The notes under the pieces were generated by a model, which worked only from the letters and a program-made list of their open reading frames with translations, was not told where the DNA came from and did not search any database. The position numbers and the translations under genes were made by a program. From Mustelus asterias (taxonomy: Eukaryota), in contig NC_135804.1 of NCBI RefSeq assembly GCF_964213995.1, positions 54,064,001-54,128,000 of the forward strand: a stretch of 64,000 nucleotides of DNA, given 5' to 3'. This document shows positions 51,061 through 64,000 of the stretch, one piece after another (the first letter of the stretch is position 1; every line of letters begins with the position of its first letter).

Positions 51061-51879
51061 GTGAGTCAGTGATTGTCTCCATGGAAACAAGTATTAAGTA
51101 GGCGCCCCAACACTGTGTTTCCCTAAAAGCTTTGTTTTAATCTTGGGGCCTTTCCAATCTCTTCTCTGTGCTGCTTGAACTAATCTCTTCTGGTGTCAAA
51201 GTAATTGGTCTTAGTTTATGATCATTGTTCCTGATCTGTGTGTTGTATGCATGTACACGTGTGTTCGTGTGTGCATGCATGTTGCTCTGTGTGCACAGAC
51301 GTGCAGGTTAGGTGCATTGCCCATGCCACATTCTCCCTCAGTGTACCTGAACAGGAGCTGCAGTGTGGGGACTAGGGGATTTTCACAGTAACTTCATTGC
51401 AGTGTTAATGTAAGCCTACTTGTGACACTAAATAAACGTGTATGTGTACACATGCATGTGTGTTTATACATGTTTCTGTTTGCACGTGTATGTATGCACA
51501 TGTATGCATGCATATTCATGCACCAGAGCCTATTTCATTCAAAGAGCATGGGGTGCTGACTGTGAGGTTCAGAGCCCGGAGCTCAGCTTTAAACTGTTTG
51601 GGTGAGTGAGGACTGGAGAGATTTCACCTGTATTTGTATGGTCTGCTCTCACTTATTATCTCAGCTGCCTGTCTGTGTCTTGAGGTGGCAAGAGAGAAAC
51701 AGTGACTAAAGTAAGTGGGGCTTTGCAAATGGGACCTGACAACATAGTACAAAGTGAGTACGTTCACAGCAGTGTAATGGGAGCAGCACAGTTTGGGATG
51801 GACATGAGACTTTAGAGAAGATGCAGAAAGGATGAATGGGAGATTCCGGGATGAAAGACTTTGGTTACTTGAATAGATT

Positions 51880-53690
51880 GATCATTTATATAATCAGCAA
51901 ATTTACCAACCATACCTTCAGTCCCTTCATCCAAGTCATTTGCACAATTTCTAAAATGTTGAGGCCCCAGCACTGACCCCTGTGGCGCATCACTTGTTAC
52001 AACTTGCCAGACAGTAAATGGTTCATTTATGCTTACTCTCTGTTTCCTATTAGTTAGCCAATTGTCTATCCATGCCAATGCTACCCCCATGCCATGAACT
52101 TTTGCTTTCTGTTATAACCTTTGATGCGGCACCTTATTAAATGCATTCTGGAAATCTTAAGTACAGTACATCCACTGGTTCCCCTTTATCAACAGCATGT
52201 GTGACTCATTGAAAAACCCCAATAAATTTTCTGATTTCATGATTTTCTTTTCACAAAACCATATCGACTGCCTGATTACCTTGAATTTTTCCAAGTACCC
52301 TATTGTATTGTTATTAATAATGGCTTCGCTATATCAGATGCACACTAACTGTTCTGCCGTTTCCTTCTCTCTGTTTCCCTCCCTTTTTGAATAACGGAGT
52401 TACATTCACTATTTTTCAATCTAATGGGGCCTTCCCTGAATCTAGGGAATTAAAAAAATTAAAACGGATGCATCGTCTATCTCATTAGCCATGTCTTTGA
52501 AGACCCTAAGTTGAATCCATCAGGAGTCAGAGATTTTGTCAGCCTCCAACTCCAACGATTTGCGAAGTACCACTTCACTGGAGATAATAATTTTCCTGGT
52601 ATCTTCCTTCCCTTCCATTTCCTGACTCACAGCTCTTTTTTGGATGTTACTTGTGTCATCTATGGTGAAGACTGATGCAAAATACCTGTGTAATTAGTCT
52701 CCATCTCCTTATTTTCCATTATTAACTCCCCAGACTCACTTTCCAGAGGATCAATGCTCCTTTGTTAGCTCTTATGTTTTTAAAATACCTATAGAAACTC
52801 TCACTATGTGTTTTCATGTTTCTAGCTCGCTTTCCCTCTTACTCTTTTTCCCTTCTTTATCATTTATTTAGTCATTCTTTGCTGTTTTTAATATTTGTTG
52901 CATTTTAAAATTCTTCTGACCTGTCACCTTTTTTGCACAACAAAATGCTTTCTCTTTTAAGTTTGATGCTATGTTTTTTAGTTAACTGTAGATGGTGGGT
53001 TCCTGCCCTCGGAATTTTTCTTTCTCATTGGAATGTATCTATTCTGTGTATTCTGAATTATTCTCTTAAATGTCTGCCACTGCATCTCTTGTGACCTATC
53101 CCTTAACCTAATTTGCCAGCTCACCTTGGCCAGTTCTGCTTTTGTGTCCTATTAATCACCCTTATAAGTTTAAAATACTAATCTTGGCACCGTTCTTCTC
53201 TTCCTCAAACGGAATTTAAAATTCAATCATATTATGACCGTTGCTACCTAGGGGTGCCTTTTACTAAAAGGTCATCAATGAATCCTACCTTGCTACACAA
53301 TACCAGGTTTAGTATAGCCTGCTCTCTGGTTGGCTTTAGAATTGCTTTTCTACAAAACTATCCTGAAAACATTCTATGAAATCCTCTTCTGTGCTACCTT
53401 TGCCTACCTGATCTCTCCAGCCTATACATTGCTCCCACAGTTGACATCTTGCCATTATAATTTCTCATCTCTACCCAAACAGCTTCTACATCTGGCCTCC
53501 TGAACTTCGGCCTTTGGTCTCTATTTTACTAATACCATCATTAATAAATGGAGCCATACCTCCAAGATTCCCTAGCTTCCTGACCTTCCTAAATGTCATG
53601 TACTGTTCAACACTCGGGTCCCAACCGATGTCATCCTCCGGCCTTGTCTCTGTAATGGCTATCAGATTGTATTTATTTATTTCTATTAGT
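51880..53690 (-). mobile_element. Decayed CR1 within duplication unit 1 (paralogous copies at about 55530-58960 and 61125-64000)
   Basis: WIDNWLTNRKQRV...APQGSVLGP...KFAD (51812-52090); YNLIAITET endonuclease text (53486-53929). Confidence 0.85.
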
Positions 53691-53914
53691 GTTATTTCCT
53701 CCTGCACTGTTTGACCCTGATAGAGGAGAGGGTTTGAGACTGTTGCACTCAATACTGACAAAGGTTTAGCTCGAGGGATGACTTTCAGTAGATTGCAATG
53801 AGATAGCTGCTCTGCTATGTGAAAACCCTGAGTCCTCCACATACTGCAGTTCCTCTGAGCCACCAATAGGTAGCAGTACCTGCCCATGATTTTGGATTGT
53901 ACAGCATTACATAC

Positions 53915-54108
53915 AGTAAGAAGTCTCACTACACTAGGTTAAAGTCCAACAGGTTTATTTGGTAGCACAAGATTTCGGAGTGTCGCTCCTCCTAAGAAGG
54001 AGCGACATTCCGAAAGCTTGTGCTACCAAATAAACCTGTTGGACTTTAACCTGGTGTTGTGAGACTTCTTACTGTGCTGACCCCAGTCCAACGCCGGCAT
54101 CTCCACAT
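53915..54108. mobile_element. Penelope-derived fold-back insertion (duplicated at about 59510-59703)
   Basis: About 78-bp inverted arms centred near 53993; 13-bp TSD cagcattacatac (53902-53914 and 54109-54121). Confidence 0.85.
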
Positions 54109-54256
54109 CAGCATTACATACGGCAGTGTTGTGAAAAATGACTTGACCTGTGTTTTAAATGGCCCCCACTCAGGAATGCAGAGCTCCTTCTGTTCAAAAA
54201 TGAATTCATGTTACAATGTCTACTTCTAACTGCTAACCATTCTCTGTTTTATTTAG

Positions 54257-54295
54257 AACCAGTTGAGGAACAGAATGAACACAAACACTTTGTGG
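54257..54295 (+). CDS. 39-nt symmetric micro-exon, copy 2
   Basis: ttttatttag acceptor, g|gtgagt donor; (E)PVEEQNEHKHFV. Confidence 0.7.
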
Positions 54296-55962
54296 GTGAG
54301 TCAGTGATTGTCTCCCTGAAAACAAGTATTAAGTAGGCGCCCCGACACTGTGTTTCCCTAAAAGCTTTGTTTTAATCTTGGGGCCTTTCCAACCTCTTGT
54401 CTGTGCTGCTTGAGCTAATCTCTTCTTGTGTCAAAGTAATTGGTCTTAGTTTATGATCATTGTTCCTGATCCGTGTGTTGTATGCACGCACGCGTATGTT
54501 TGTGTGTGAACGTGTGTGAACGCATGTTGCTCTGTGTGCACAGACGGGCTGGTTAGGTGCATTGCCCATGCCACATTCTCCCTCAGTGTACCTGGACAGG
54601 CGCCGCAGTGTAGCAACTAGGGGATTTTCACAGTAACTTCATTGCAGTATTAATGTAAGCCTACTTGTGACACTAAATAAACTTTAAAACGTGTATGTGT
54701 ACACATGCATGTGTGTGTATATGTGTTTCTGTTTGCACATGTGTATGTATGCATGCATATTCATGAACCAGAGCCTATTTCATTCAAAGAGCATGGGGTG
54801 CTGACTGTGAGGTTCAGAGCCCGGAGCTCAGCTTTAAACTGTTTGGGTGAGTGAGGACTGGAGAGATTTCACCTGTATTTGTATGGTCTGCTCTCACTTA
54901 TTATCTCAGCTGCCTGTCTGTGTCTTGAGGTGGCAAGAGAGAAACAGTGACTAAAGTAAGTGCGGCTTTGCAAATGGGACCTGACAACATAGTACAAAGT
55001 GAGTATGTTCACAGCAGTGTAATGGGAGCAGCACAGCTTAGGATGGACATGAGACTTTAGAGAAGATGCAGAAAGGATTAATGGGAGATTCCGGGATGAA
55101 AGACTTTGGTTACTTGAATAAATTGTAGAGACTAGTCTATTCTCCTACAGGAGGGACGGTTGACAGGAGGTTTAATAGAGATGTTCAAAGTTATGAGAGC
55201 TTTAGACAGAGTAGAAATGGAAAAGCCGTTCCCATTGGTGGAAGGGTCAAAGACCAGAGGCTATCAATTTAAAATGATTGGCAAATAAAACAATGATGAC
55301 AAGAGGAAAAACATTTTTGCCCAGTAAGTGGTTAGGATCTGGATTTCACTGCCCGAGAGTGCGGTGGGGGAAGATTCAATTGTGGCTTTAGGAAGAGAAG
55401 TACCTGAAGAGAGAAGATTGTCAGGGTTGAGGTGAAAAAGTGCGGGGAGGGGGTTAAACTAACTGAATCATTCTTGCACAGAGCCAGCATGGAGACAAAA
55501 GGCTAAATTGCCTCCCCACACGAATTTATGAACATACGAATTAAGAGTAGAAGTAGGCCATTCAGCCCCTTCATGATAGATTGGATTGTAACTTCAACTT
55601 CACATTCCCTCCTACTCCTTATAACTTTTCACCCCTTTACTTATCAAGGATCTATCTACCTCTGTCTTAAAAATGCTCCAAGACTCTGCTTCCGACCCCT
55701 TTTGAGGGAGGGAGTCTGAAAGACTCAGCACCATCTAAGAGAAATAAAAATCTTCTCATCTCTGCCTGAGATTGGCGACCCCTTATTTTTAAGCAGTGAC
55801 CCCTTGTTCTAGATTCTCCTACAAGAGAAAACATCCTCTTCACACCTCCCTTGTCAAGACCCCTCAGGATCTTGTATGTTTCAATCAAGTGGCCTCTTAG
55901 TCTTCTAAACTCCAGTGGATGCAAGCCTAGTCTGTCTAACCTTTCCTCATAAAACAACCAAT

Positions 55963-56301
55963 GGGCGGCACGGTAGTACAGAGTTAGCACTGCTGCTTCA
56001 CAGCTCCAGGGTCCCGGGTTCGATTCCTGGCTCGGGTCACTGTCTGTGTGGAGTTTGCACATTCTCCTCGTGTCTGCGTGGGTTTCCTCCGGGTGCTCCG
56101 GTTTCCTCCCACAGTCCAAAGATGTGCGGGTTAGGTTGATTGGCCAGGTTAAAAATTGCCCCTTAGACTCCTGAGATGCGTAGGTTAGAGGGATTAGCGG
56201 GTAAATATGTGGGGGTAGGGCCTGGGTGGGATTGTGGTCGGTGCAGACTCGATGGGCCGAATGGCCTCCTTCTGCACTGTAGGGTTTCTATGATTTCTAT
56301 G
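55963..56301 (+). mobile_element. Young HE1/V-SINE-type SINE specific to duplication unit 2
   Basis: Interrupts the CR1 ORF; the empty site aaaacaacccacccattcc is at about 61546-61564 in unit 3. Confidence 0.93.
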
Positions 56302-57459
56302 AACCCACCCATTCCTGGTATTAGTTTAGTAAACCTTCTCTGAACTGCTTCCAGTGCATTTATATCCTTTCTTAAATAAAGTGACCAATACTGTACACAG
56401 TACTCCAGATGTGGTCTCACTAATACCCAGTACTGAAGCACAAAAGCATAACTGTCCTACTTTTGTTATCAATTCCCCTCACAATAAATTGTAACATTCT
56501 ATTAGCTTTCCTAATTACTTGTTGTACCTGTATACAAATCTTTTGTGATTCACGCACTAGGACACCCTGAACCCCCTACATCTCAGAGCTCGGCACTCAC
56601 TCAACATTTAGATAATTTGCTTTTTTTTATTCTTCCTGCCAAAATGGACATTTTCACATTTTCTTACATTATACTTCAAATCTAGATTTTTGCTCACTTA
56701 TTCATCGTATCCATGTCCCTATCTAGCCTCATTACGCCATCTTCACAACTTTGTTTCCTGCATATCTTTATATAATCAGCAAATGTACCAACCATACCTT
56801 CAATCCCTTCATCCAAGTTATTTGTATAATTTCTAAAAAGTTGAGGCCCCAGCACTGACCCCTGTGGCGCATCACTTGTTACAGTAACTTGCCAACCAGT
56901 AATTGGTTCATTTATACTTACTCTGTTTCCTGTTAGCTAGCCAATTGTCTATCCATGCCAATGTTACCCCCTACACCATTAACTTTTATTTTCTGTTATA
57001 ACCTTTGATGCGGCACCTTATTAAATGCATTCTGGAAATCTAAGTACAGTACATCCATTGGTTCCCCTTTATCAACAGCATGTGTGACTCATTGAAAAAC
57101 CCCAATAAATTTTCTGATTTCATGATTTTCTTTTCACAAAATCATATTGACTGCCTGATTACCTTGAATTTTTCCAAGTACCCTATTGTATTGTTATTAC
57201 TAACAGCTTCCCTATGTCAGATGTACACTAACTGTTCTGCCGTTTCCTGCTCTGTGTCCCTCCTTTTTGAATAATGGAGTTACATTCACTATTTTTCAAT
57301 CTAATGGGGCGTTCCCTGAATCTAGGGAATTAAAAAAATTAAAACGGATGCATCAACTATCTCATTAGGCATGTCTTTGAAGACCCTAAGTTGAATCCAT
57401 CAGGAGTCAGAGATTTTGTCAACCTGCAACTCCTACTATTTGCGAAGTACCACTTCACC

Positions 57460-57853
57460 GGCAGCACATTGGCACAGTGGTTAGCACTGCTGCCTCAGAG
57501 CGCCAGGGACCTGGGTTCAATTCCGGCCTCGGGTGACTGTCTGTGTGGAGTTTGCACATTCTCCCCATGTCTGTGTGGGTTTCCTCCGAATGCTCTGTTC
57601 CTCCCACAGTCCAAAAATGTGCAGGTTAGGTGGATTGGCCTTGCTAAATTGCCTGTTTGTGCCCCAAGATGTGTTGATTAGGGGGCTTACTGGGGTGAAT
57701 ACTTGGGGTTACAGGGAACAGGTCTGGGTGGGATTGCTCCTTAGTGTCAGGGGGATTACGTGGGGTTACAAGGATAGGGCCTGGGTGGGATTGTTGTCAG
57801 TGCAGACTCAATGGGCCAAATGGTGGCCCCCTGCACTGTAATGGATTCTATGA
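57460..57853 (+). mobile_element. V-SINE-type SINE shared by units 2 and 3
   Basis: Near-identical copy at 62708-63100; empty site near 52575-52595 in unit 1. Confidence 0.9.
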
Positions 57854-59131
57854 TTATAAATTTCTTGAGATCCTCCTTCCCTTCCATTTCCTGACTCACA
57901 GCTCTTTTTTGGATGTTACTTGTGTCATCTATGGTGAAGACTGATGCAAAATACCTGTGTAATTAGTCTCCATCTCCTTATTTTCCATTATTAACTCCCC
58001 AGACTCACTTTCCAGAGGATCAATGCTCCTTTGTTAGCTCTTATCTTTTTAAAATACCTATAGAAACTCTCACTATGTGTTTTCATGTTTCTAGCTCGCA
58101 TTCTCTCTTACTCTTTTTCCCTTCTTTATCATTTATTTAGTCATTCTTTGCTGTTTTTAATATTTGTTGTTTTTAAAATTCTTCTGACCTGTCACCTAAT
58201 TTTGCACAACTAAATGCTTTCTCTTTTAAGTTTGATGCTATGGTTTTTAGTTAACTGTAGATGATGGGTTCCTGCCCTCGGAATTTTTCTTTCTCACTGG
58301 AATGTATCTATTCTGTGTATTCTGAATTATTCTCTTAAATGTCTGCCACTGCATCTCTTGTGACCTATCCCTTAACCTAACTTGCCAGCTCACCTTGGCC
58401 AGCTCTGCTTTTGTGTCCTATTAATCACCCTTATAAGTTTAAAATACAAATCTTGGACCCGTTCTTCTCTTCCTCAAACGGAATTTAAAATTCAATCATA
58501 TTATGATCGTTGCTACCTAGGGGTGCCTTTTACTAAAAGGTCATCAATGAATCCTACCTTGCTACACAATACCAGGTTTAGTATAGCCTGCTCTCTGGTT
58601 GGCTTTAGAATTGCTTTTCTACAAAACTATCCTGAAAACATTCTATGAAATCCTCTTCTATGCTACCTTTGCCTACCTGATCTCTCCAGCCTATACATTG
58701 CTCCCACAGTTGACATCTAGCCATTATAATTTCTCATCTCTACCCAAACAGCTTCTACATCTGGCCTCCTGAACTTCGGTCTTTCGTCTCTATTTTACTA
58801 ATACCATCATTAATAAACGGAGCCATCCCTCCAAGATTCCCTAGCTTCCTGACCTTCCTAAATGTCATGTACTGTTCAACACTCAGGTCCCAACCGATGT
58901 CATCCTTCAGCCTTGATTCTGTAATGGCTATCAGATTGTATTTATTTATTTCTATTAGTGTTATTTCCTCCTGCACTGTTTGACCCTGATAGAGGAGAGG
59001 GTTTGAGACTGTTGCACTCAATACTGACAAAGGTCTAGCTCGAGGGATGACTTTCAGTAGATTGCAATGAGATAGCTGCTCTGCTATGTGAAAACCCTGA
59101 GTCCTCCACATGCTGCAGTTCCTCTGAGCCA

Positions 59132-59453
59132 CAGAGTTTCACTGGCTGTCTTGTCTGGAGACAATACACATCTTTTTAGCCTGTCTTGATGCTCTCTCCA
59201 CTCCCATTGTTTTGTTTCTTAAAGACTGGATTAGTTGTAAGTATTCGCATTCCAACCATTATTCATGTAAATTGAGTCTGTGTCTTATAAGTTCTGTTTG
59301 TGAACAGAATTCCCACTCACCTGAAGAAGGGGCTCAGAGCCTCGAAAGCTTGTGTGGCTTTTGCTACCAAATAAACCTGTTGGACTTTAACCTGGTGTTG
59401 TTAAACTTCTTACTGTGTTTACCCCAGTCCAACGCCGGCATCTCCACATCATG
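59132..59453 (+). mobile_element. Penelope-like 3' end insertion
   Basis: Reverse-complement similarity to about 34985-35255; ccac flanks; empty site gagccaccaatagg near 53857-53870. Confidence 0.8.
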
Positions 59454-59851
59454 ACCACCAATAGGTAGCAGTACCTGCCCATGATTTTGGATTGTACAGC
59501 ATTACATACAGTAAGAAGTCTCACTACACTAGGTTAAAGTCCAACAGGTTTATTTGGTAGCACAAGATTTCGGAGTGTCGCTCCTCCTAAGAAGGAGCGA
59601 CATTCCGAAAGCTTGTGCTACCAAATAAACCTGTTGGACTTTAACCTGGTGTTGTGAGACTTCTTACTGTGCTGACCCCAGTCCAACGCTGGCATCTCCA
59701 CATCAGCATTACATACGGCAGTGTTGTGAAAAATGACTTGACCTGTGTTTTAAATGGCCCCCACTCAGGAATGCAGAGCTCCTTCTGTTCAAAAATGAAT
59801 TCATGTTACAATGTCTACTTCTAGCTGCTAACCATTCTCTGTTTTGTTTAG

Positions 59852-59890
59852 AACCAGTTGAGGAACAGAATGAACACAAACACTTTGTGG
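59852..59890 (+). CDS. 39-nt symmetric micro-exon, copy 3
   Basis: Identical to copy 2, splice sites intact. Confidence 0.7.
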
Positions 59891-62707
59891 GTGAGTCAGT
59901 GATTGTCTCCCTGAAAACAAGTATTAAGTAGGCGCCCCGACACTGTGTTTCCCTAAAAGCTTTGTTTTAATCTTGGGGCCTTTCCAACCTCTTGTCTGTG
60001 CTGCTTGAGCTAATCTCTTCTTGTGTCAAAGTAATTGGTCTTAGTTTATGATCATTGTTCCTGATCCGTGTGTTGTATGCACGCACGCGTATGTTTGTGT
60101 GTGAACGTGTGTGAACGCATGTTGCTCTGTGTGCACAGACGGGCTGATTAGGTGCATTGCCCATGCCACATTCTCCCTCAGTGTACCTGGACAGGCGCCG
60201 CAGTGTAGCAACTCGGGGATTTTCACAGTAACTTCATTGCAGTATTAATGTAAGCCTACTTGTGACACTAAATAAACTTTAAAACGTGTATGTGTACACA
60301 TGCATGTGTGTGTATATGTGTTTCTGTTTGCACATGTGTATGTATGCATGCATATTCATGAACCAGAGCCTACTTCATTCAAAGAGCATGGGGTGCTGAC
60401 TGTGAGGTTCAGAGCCCGGAGCTCAGCTTTAAACTGTTTGGGTGAGTGAGGACTGGAGAGATTTCACCTGTATTTGTATGGTCTGCTCTCACTTATTATC
60501 TCAGCTGCCTGTCTGTGTCTTGAGGTGGCAAGAGAGAAACAGTGACTAAAGTAAGTGCGGCTTTGCAAATGGGACCTGACAACATAGTACAAAGTGAGTA
60601 TGTTCACAGCAGTGTAATGGGAGCAGCACAGCTTAGGATGGACATGAGACTTTAGAGAAGATGCAGAAAGGATTAATGGGAGATTCTGGGATGAAAGACT
60701 TTGGTTACTTGAATAAATTGTAGAGACTAGTCTATTCTCCTACAGGAGGGACGGTTGACAGGAGGTTTAATAGAGATGTTCAAAGTTATGAGAGCTTTAG
60801 ACAGAGTAGAAATGGAAAAGCCGTTCCCATTGGTGGAAGGGTCAAAGACCAGAGGCTATCAATTTAAAATGATTGGCAAATAAAACAATGATGACAAGAG
60901 GAAAAACATTTTTGCCCAGTAAGTGGTTAGGATCTGGATTTCACTGCCCGAGAGTGCGGTGGGGGAAGATTCAATTGTGGCTTTAGGAAGAGAAGTACCT
61001 GAAGAGAGAAGATTGTCAGGGTTGGAGTGAAAAAGTGTGGGGAGGGGGTTAAACTAACTGAATCATTCTTGCACAGAGCCAGCATGGAGACAAAAGGCTA
61101 AATTGCCTCCCCACACGAATTTATGAACATACGAATTAAGAGTAGAAGTAGGCCATTCAGCCCGTTCATGATAGATTGGATTGTAACTTCAACTTCACAT
61201 TCCCTCCTACTCCTTATAACTTTTCACCCCCTTACTTATCAAGGATCTATCTACCTCTGTCTTAAAAATGCTCCAAGACTCTGCTTCCGACCTCTTTTGA
61301 GGGAGGGAGTCTGAAAGACTCAGCACCATCTAAGAGAAATAAAAATCTTCTCATCTCTGCCTGAGATTGGCGACCCCTTATTTTTAAGCAGTGACCCCTT
61401 GTTCTAGATTCTCCTACAAGAGAAAACATCCTCTTCACACCTCCCTTGTCAAGACCCCTCAGGATCTTGTATGTTTCAATCAAGTGGCCTCTTAGTCTTC
61501 TAAACTCCAGTAGATGCAAGCCTAGTCTGTCTAACCTTTCCTCATAAAACAACCCACCCATTCCTGGTATTAGTTTAGTAAACCTTCTCTGAACTGCTTC
61601 CAATGCATTTATATCCTTTCTTAAATAAAGTGACCAATACTGTACACAGTACTCCAGATGTGGTCTCACTAATACCCAGTACTGAAGCACAAAAGCATAA
61701 CTGTCCTACTTTTGTAATCAATTCCCCTCACAATAAATTGTAACATTCTATTAGCTTTCCTAATTACTTGTTGTACCTGTATACAAATCTTTTGTGATTC
61801 ATGCACTAGGACACCCAGAACCCCCTACATCTCAGAGCTCGGCACTCACTCAACATTTAGATAATTTGCTTTTTTTTATTCTTCCTGCCAAAATGGACAT
61901 TTTCACATTTTCCTACATTATACTTCAAATCTAGATTTTTGCTCACTTATTCATCGTATCCATGTCCCTATCTAGCCTCATTACGCCATCTTCACAACTT
62001 TGTTTCCTGCATATCTTTATATAATCAGCAAATGTACCAACTATACCTTCAATCCCTTCATCCAAGTTATTTGTATAATTTCTAAAAGGTTGAGGCCCCA
62101 GCACTGACCCCTGTGGCGCATCACTTGTTACAACGTGCCAACCAGTAATTGGTTCATTTATACTTACTCTGTTTCCTGTTAGCTAGCCAATTGTCTATCC
62201 ATGCCAATGTTACCCCCTACACCATTAACTTTTATTTTCTGTTTTAACCTTTGATGCGGCACCTTATTAAATGCCTTCTGGAAATCTAAGTACAGTACAT
62301 CCACTGGTTCCCCTTTATCAACAGCATGTGTGACTCATTGAAAAACCCCAATAAATTTTCTGATTTCATGATTTTCTTTTCACAAAATCATATCGACTGC
62401 CTGATTACCTTGAATTTTTCCAAGTACCCTATTGTATTGTTATTAATAACAGCTTCCCTATGTCAGATGTACACTAACTGTTCTGCCGTTTCCTGCTCTG
62501 TGTCCCTCCTTTTTGAATAATGGAGTTACATTCACTATTTTTCAATCTAATGGGGCGTTCCCTGAATCTAGGGAATTAAAAAAATTAAAACGGATGCATC
62601 AACTATCTCATTAGGCATGTCTTTGAAGACCCTAAGTTGAATCCATCAGGAGTCAGAGATTTTGTCAACCTGCAACTCCTACTATTTGCGAAGTACCACT
62701 TCACCGG

Positions 62708-63100
62708 CAGCACATTGGCACAGTGGTTAGCACTGCTGCCTCAGAGCGCCAGGGACCTGGGTTCAATTCCGGCCTCGGGTGACTGTCTGTGTGGAGTTTG
62801 CACATTCTCCCCATGTCTGTGTGGGTTTCCTCCGAATGCTCTGTTCCTCCCACAGTCCAAAAATGTGCAGGTTAGGTGGATTGGCCTTGCTAAATTGCCT
62901 GTTTGTGCCCCAAGATGTGTTGATTTAGGGGGCTTACTGGGGTGAATACTTGGGGTTACAGGGAACAGGACTGGGTGGGATTGCTCCTTAGTGTCAGGGG
63001 GATTACGTGGGGTTACAAGGATAGGGCCTGGGTGGGATTGCTGTCAGTGCAGACTCAATGGGCCAAATGGTGGCCCCCTGCACTGTAATGGATTCTATGA
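62708..63100 (+). mobile_element. V-SINE-type SINE (duplicate of 57460-57853)
   Basis: Near-identical sequence and flanks. Confidence 0.9.
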
Positions 63101-64000
63101 TTATAAATTTCTTGAGATCCTCCTTCCCTTCCATTTCCTGACTCACAGCTCTTTTTTGGATGTTACTTGTGTCATCTATGGTGAAGACTGATGCAAAATA
63201 CCTGTGTAATTAGTCTCCATCTCCTTATTTTCCATTATTAACTCCCCAGACTCACTTTCCAGAGGATCAATGCTCCTTTGTTAGCTCTTATCTTTTTAAA
63301 ATACCTATAGAAACTCTCACTGTGTTTTCATGTTTCTAGCTCGCATTCTCTCTTACTCTTTTTCCCTTCTTTATCATTTATTTAGTCATTCTTTGCTGTT
63401 TTTAATATTTGTTGTTTTTAAAATTCTTCTGACCTGTCACCTATTTTTGCACAACTAAATGCTTTCTCTTTTAAGTTTGATGCTATGGTTTTTAGTTAAC
63501 TGTAGATGATGGGTTCCTGCCCTCGGAATTTTTCTTTCTCACTGGAATGTATCTATTCTGTGTATTCTGAATTATTCTCTTAAATGTCTGCCACTGCATC
63601 TCTTGTGACCTATCCCTTAACCTAACTTGCCAGCTCACCTTGGCCAGCTCTGCTTTTGTGTCCTATTAATCACCCTTATAAGTTTAAAATACAAATCTTG
63701 GACCCGTTCTTCTCTTCCTCAAACGGAATTTAAAATTCAATCATATTATGATCGTTGCTACCTAGGGGTGCCTTTTACTAAAAGGTCATCAATGAATCCT
63801 ACCTTGCTACACAATACCAGGTTTAGTATAGCCTGCTCTCTGGTTGGCTTTAGAATTGCTTTTCTACAAAACTATCCTGAAAACATTCTATGAAATCCTC
63901 TTCTATGCTACCTTTGCCTACCTGATCTCTCCAGCCTATACATTGCTCCCACAGTTGACATCTAGCCATTATAATTTCTCATCTCTACCCAAACAGCTTC

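Larger units (their letters stand above)
50800..64000 (+). repeat. Tandem segmental duplication array inside the kinase gene (exon-to-exon spacing 3235 and 5595 bp; third unit runs off the window)
   Basis: The same sequences recur near 51060, 54296 and 59891; ORF-track twins such as 54372-54569 = 59967-60164, 58382-58648 = 63627-63893, and 52197/57080/62326. Confidence 0.97.

Overview
Repeat-rich vertebrate genomic DNA, most likely from a shark or ray, given the many HE1/V-SINE-type SINEs and CR1 LINEs. Two multi-exon genes were reconstructed by hand on the + strand; the ORF track largely misses both. (1) 18195-28865: a complete 9-exon, 387-aa gene encoding signal peptide, EGF, ZP module, furin-type site and transmembrane helix (ZPD/uromodulin-like). 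It has an ATG-only first coding exon and one GC-AG intron. (2) From 35785 to beyond the window end: a RIP-family Ser/Thr kinase (RIPK3/RIPK4/ANKK1-like) with all catalytic motifs intact and a canonical NF-kB site just upstream of the ATG. The most striking feature is downstream of the kinase domain, where a 39-nt symmetric micro-exon has been multiplied by 3-5.6 kb tandem duplications. Three exon copies lie in the window and a fourth is predicted just past it. The units differ in presence or absence of transposon insertions. A 41/39-bp minisatellite also multiplies the exon-6 splice donor. The rest is nested transposable elements: CR1, a Rex/Babar-type LINE, L2-like LINEs, Penelope fragments and Penelope-derived fold-back hairpins, a solo LTR, Gypsy remnants, a Helitron helicase remnant and MITE-like elements. 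Family names come from remembered motifs, not database searches, and repeat boundaries are approximate.
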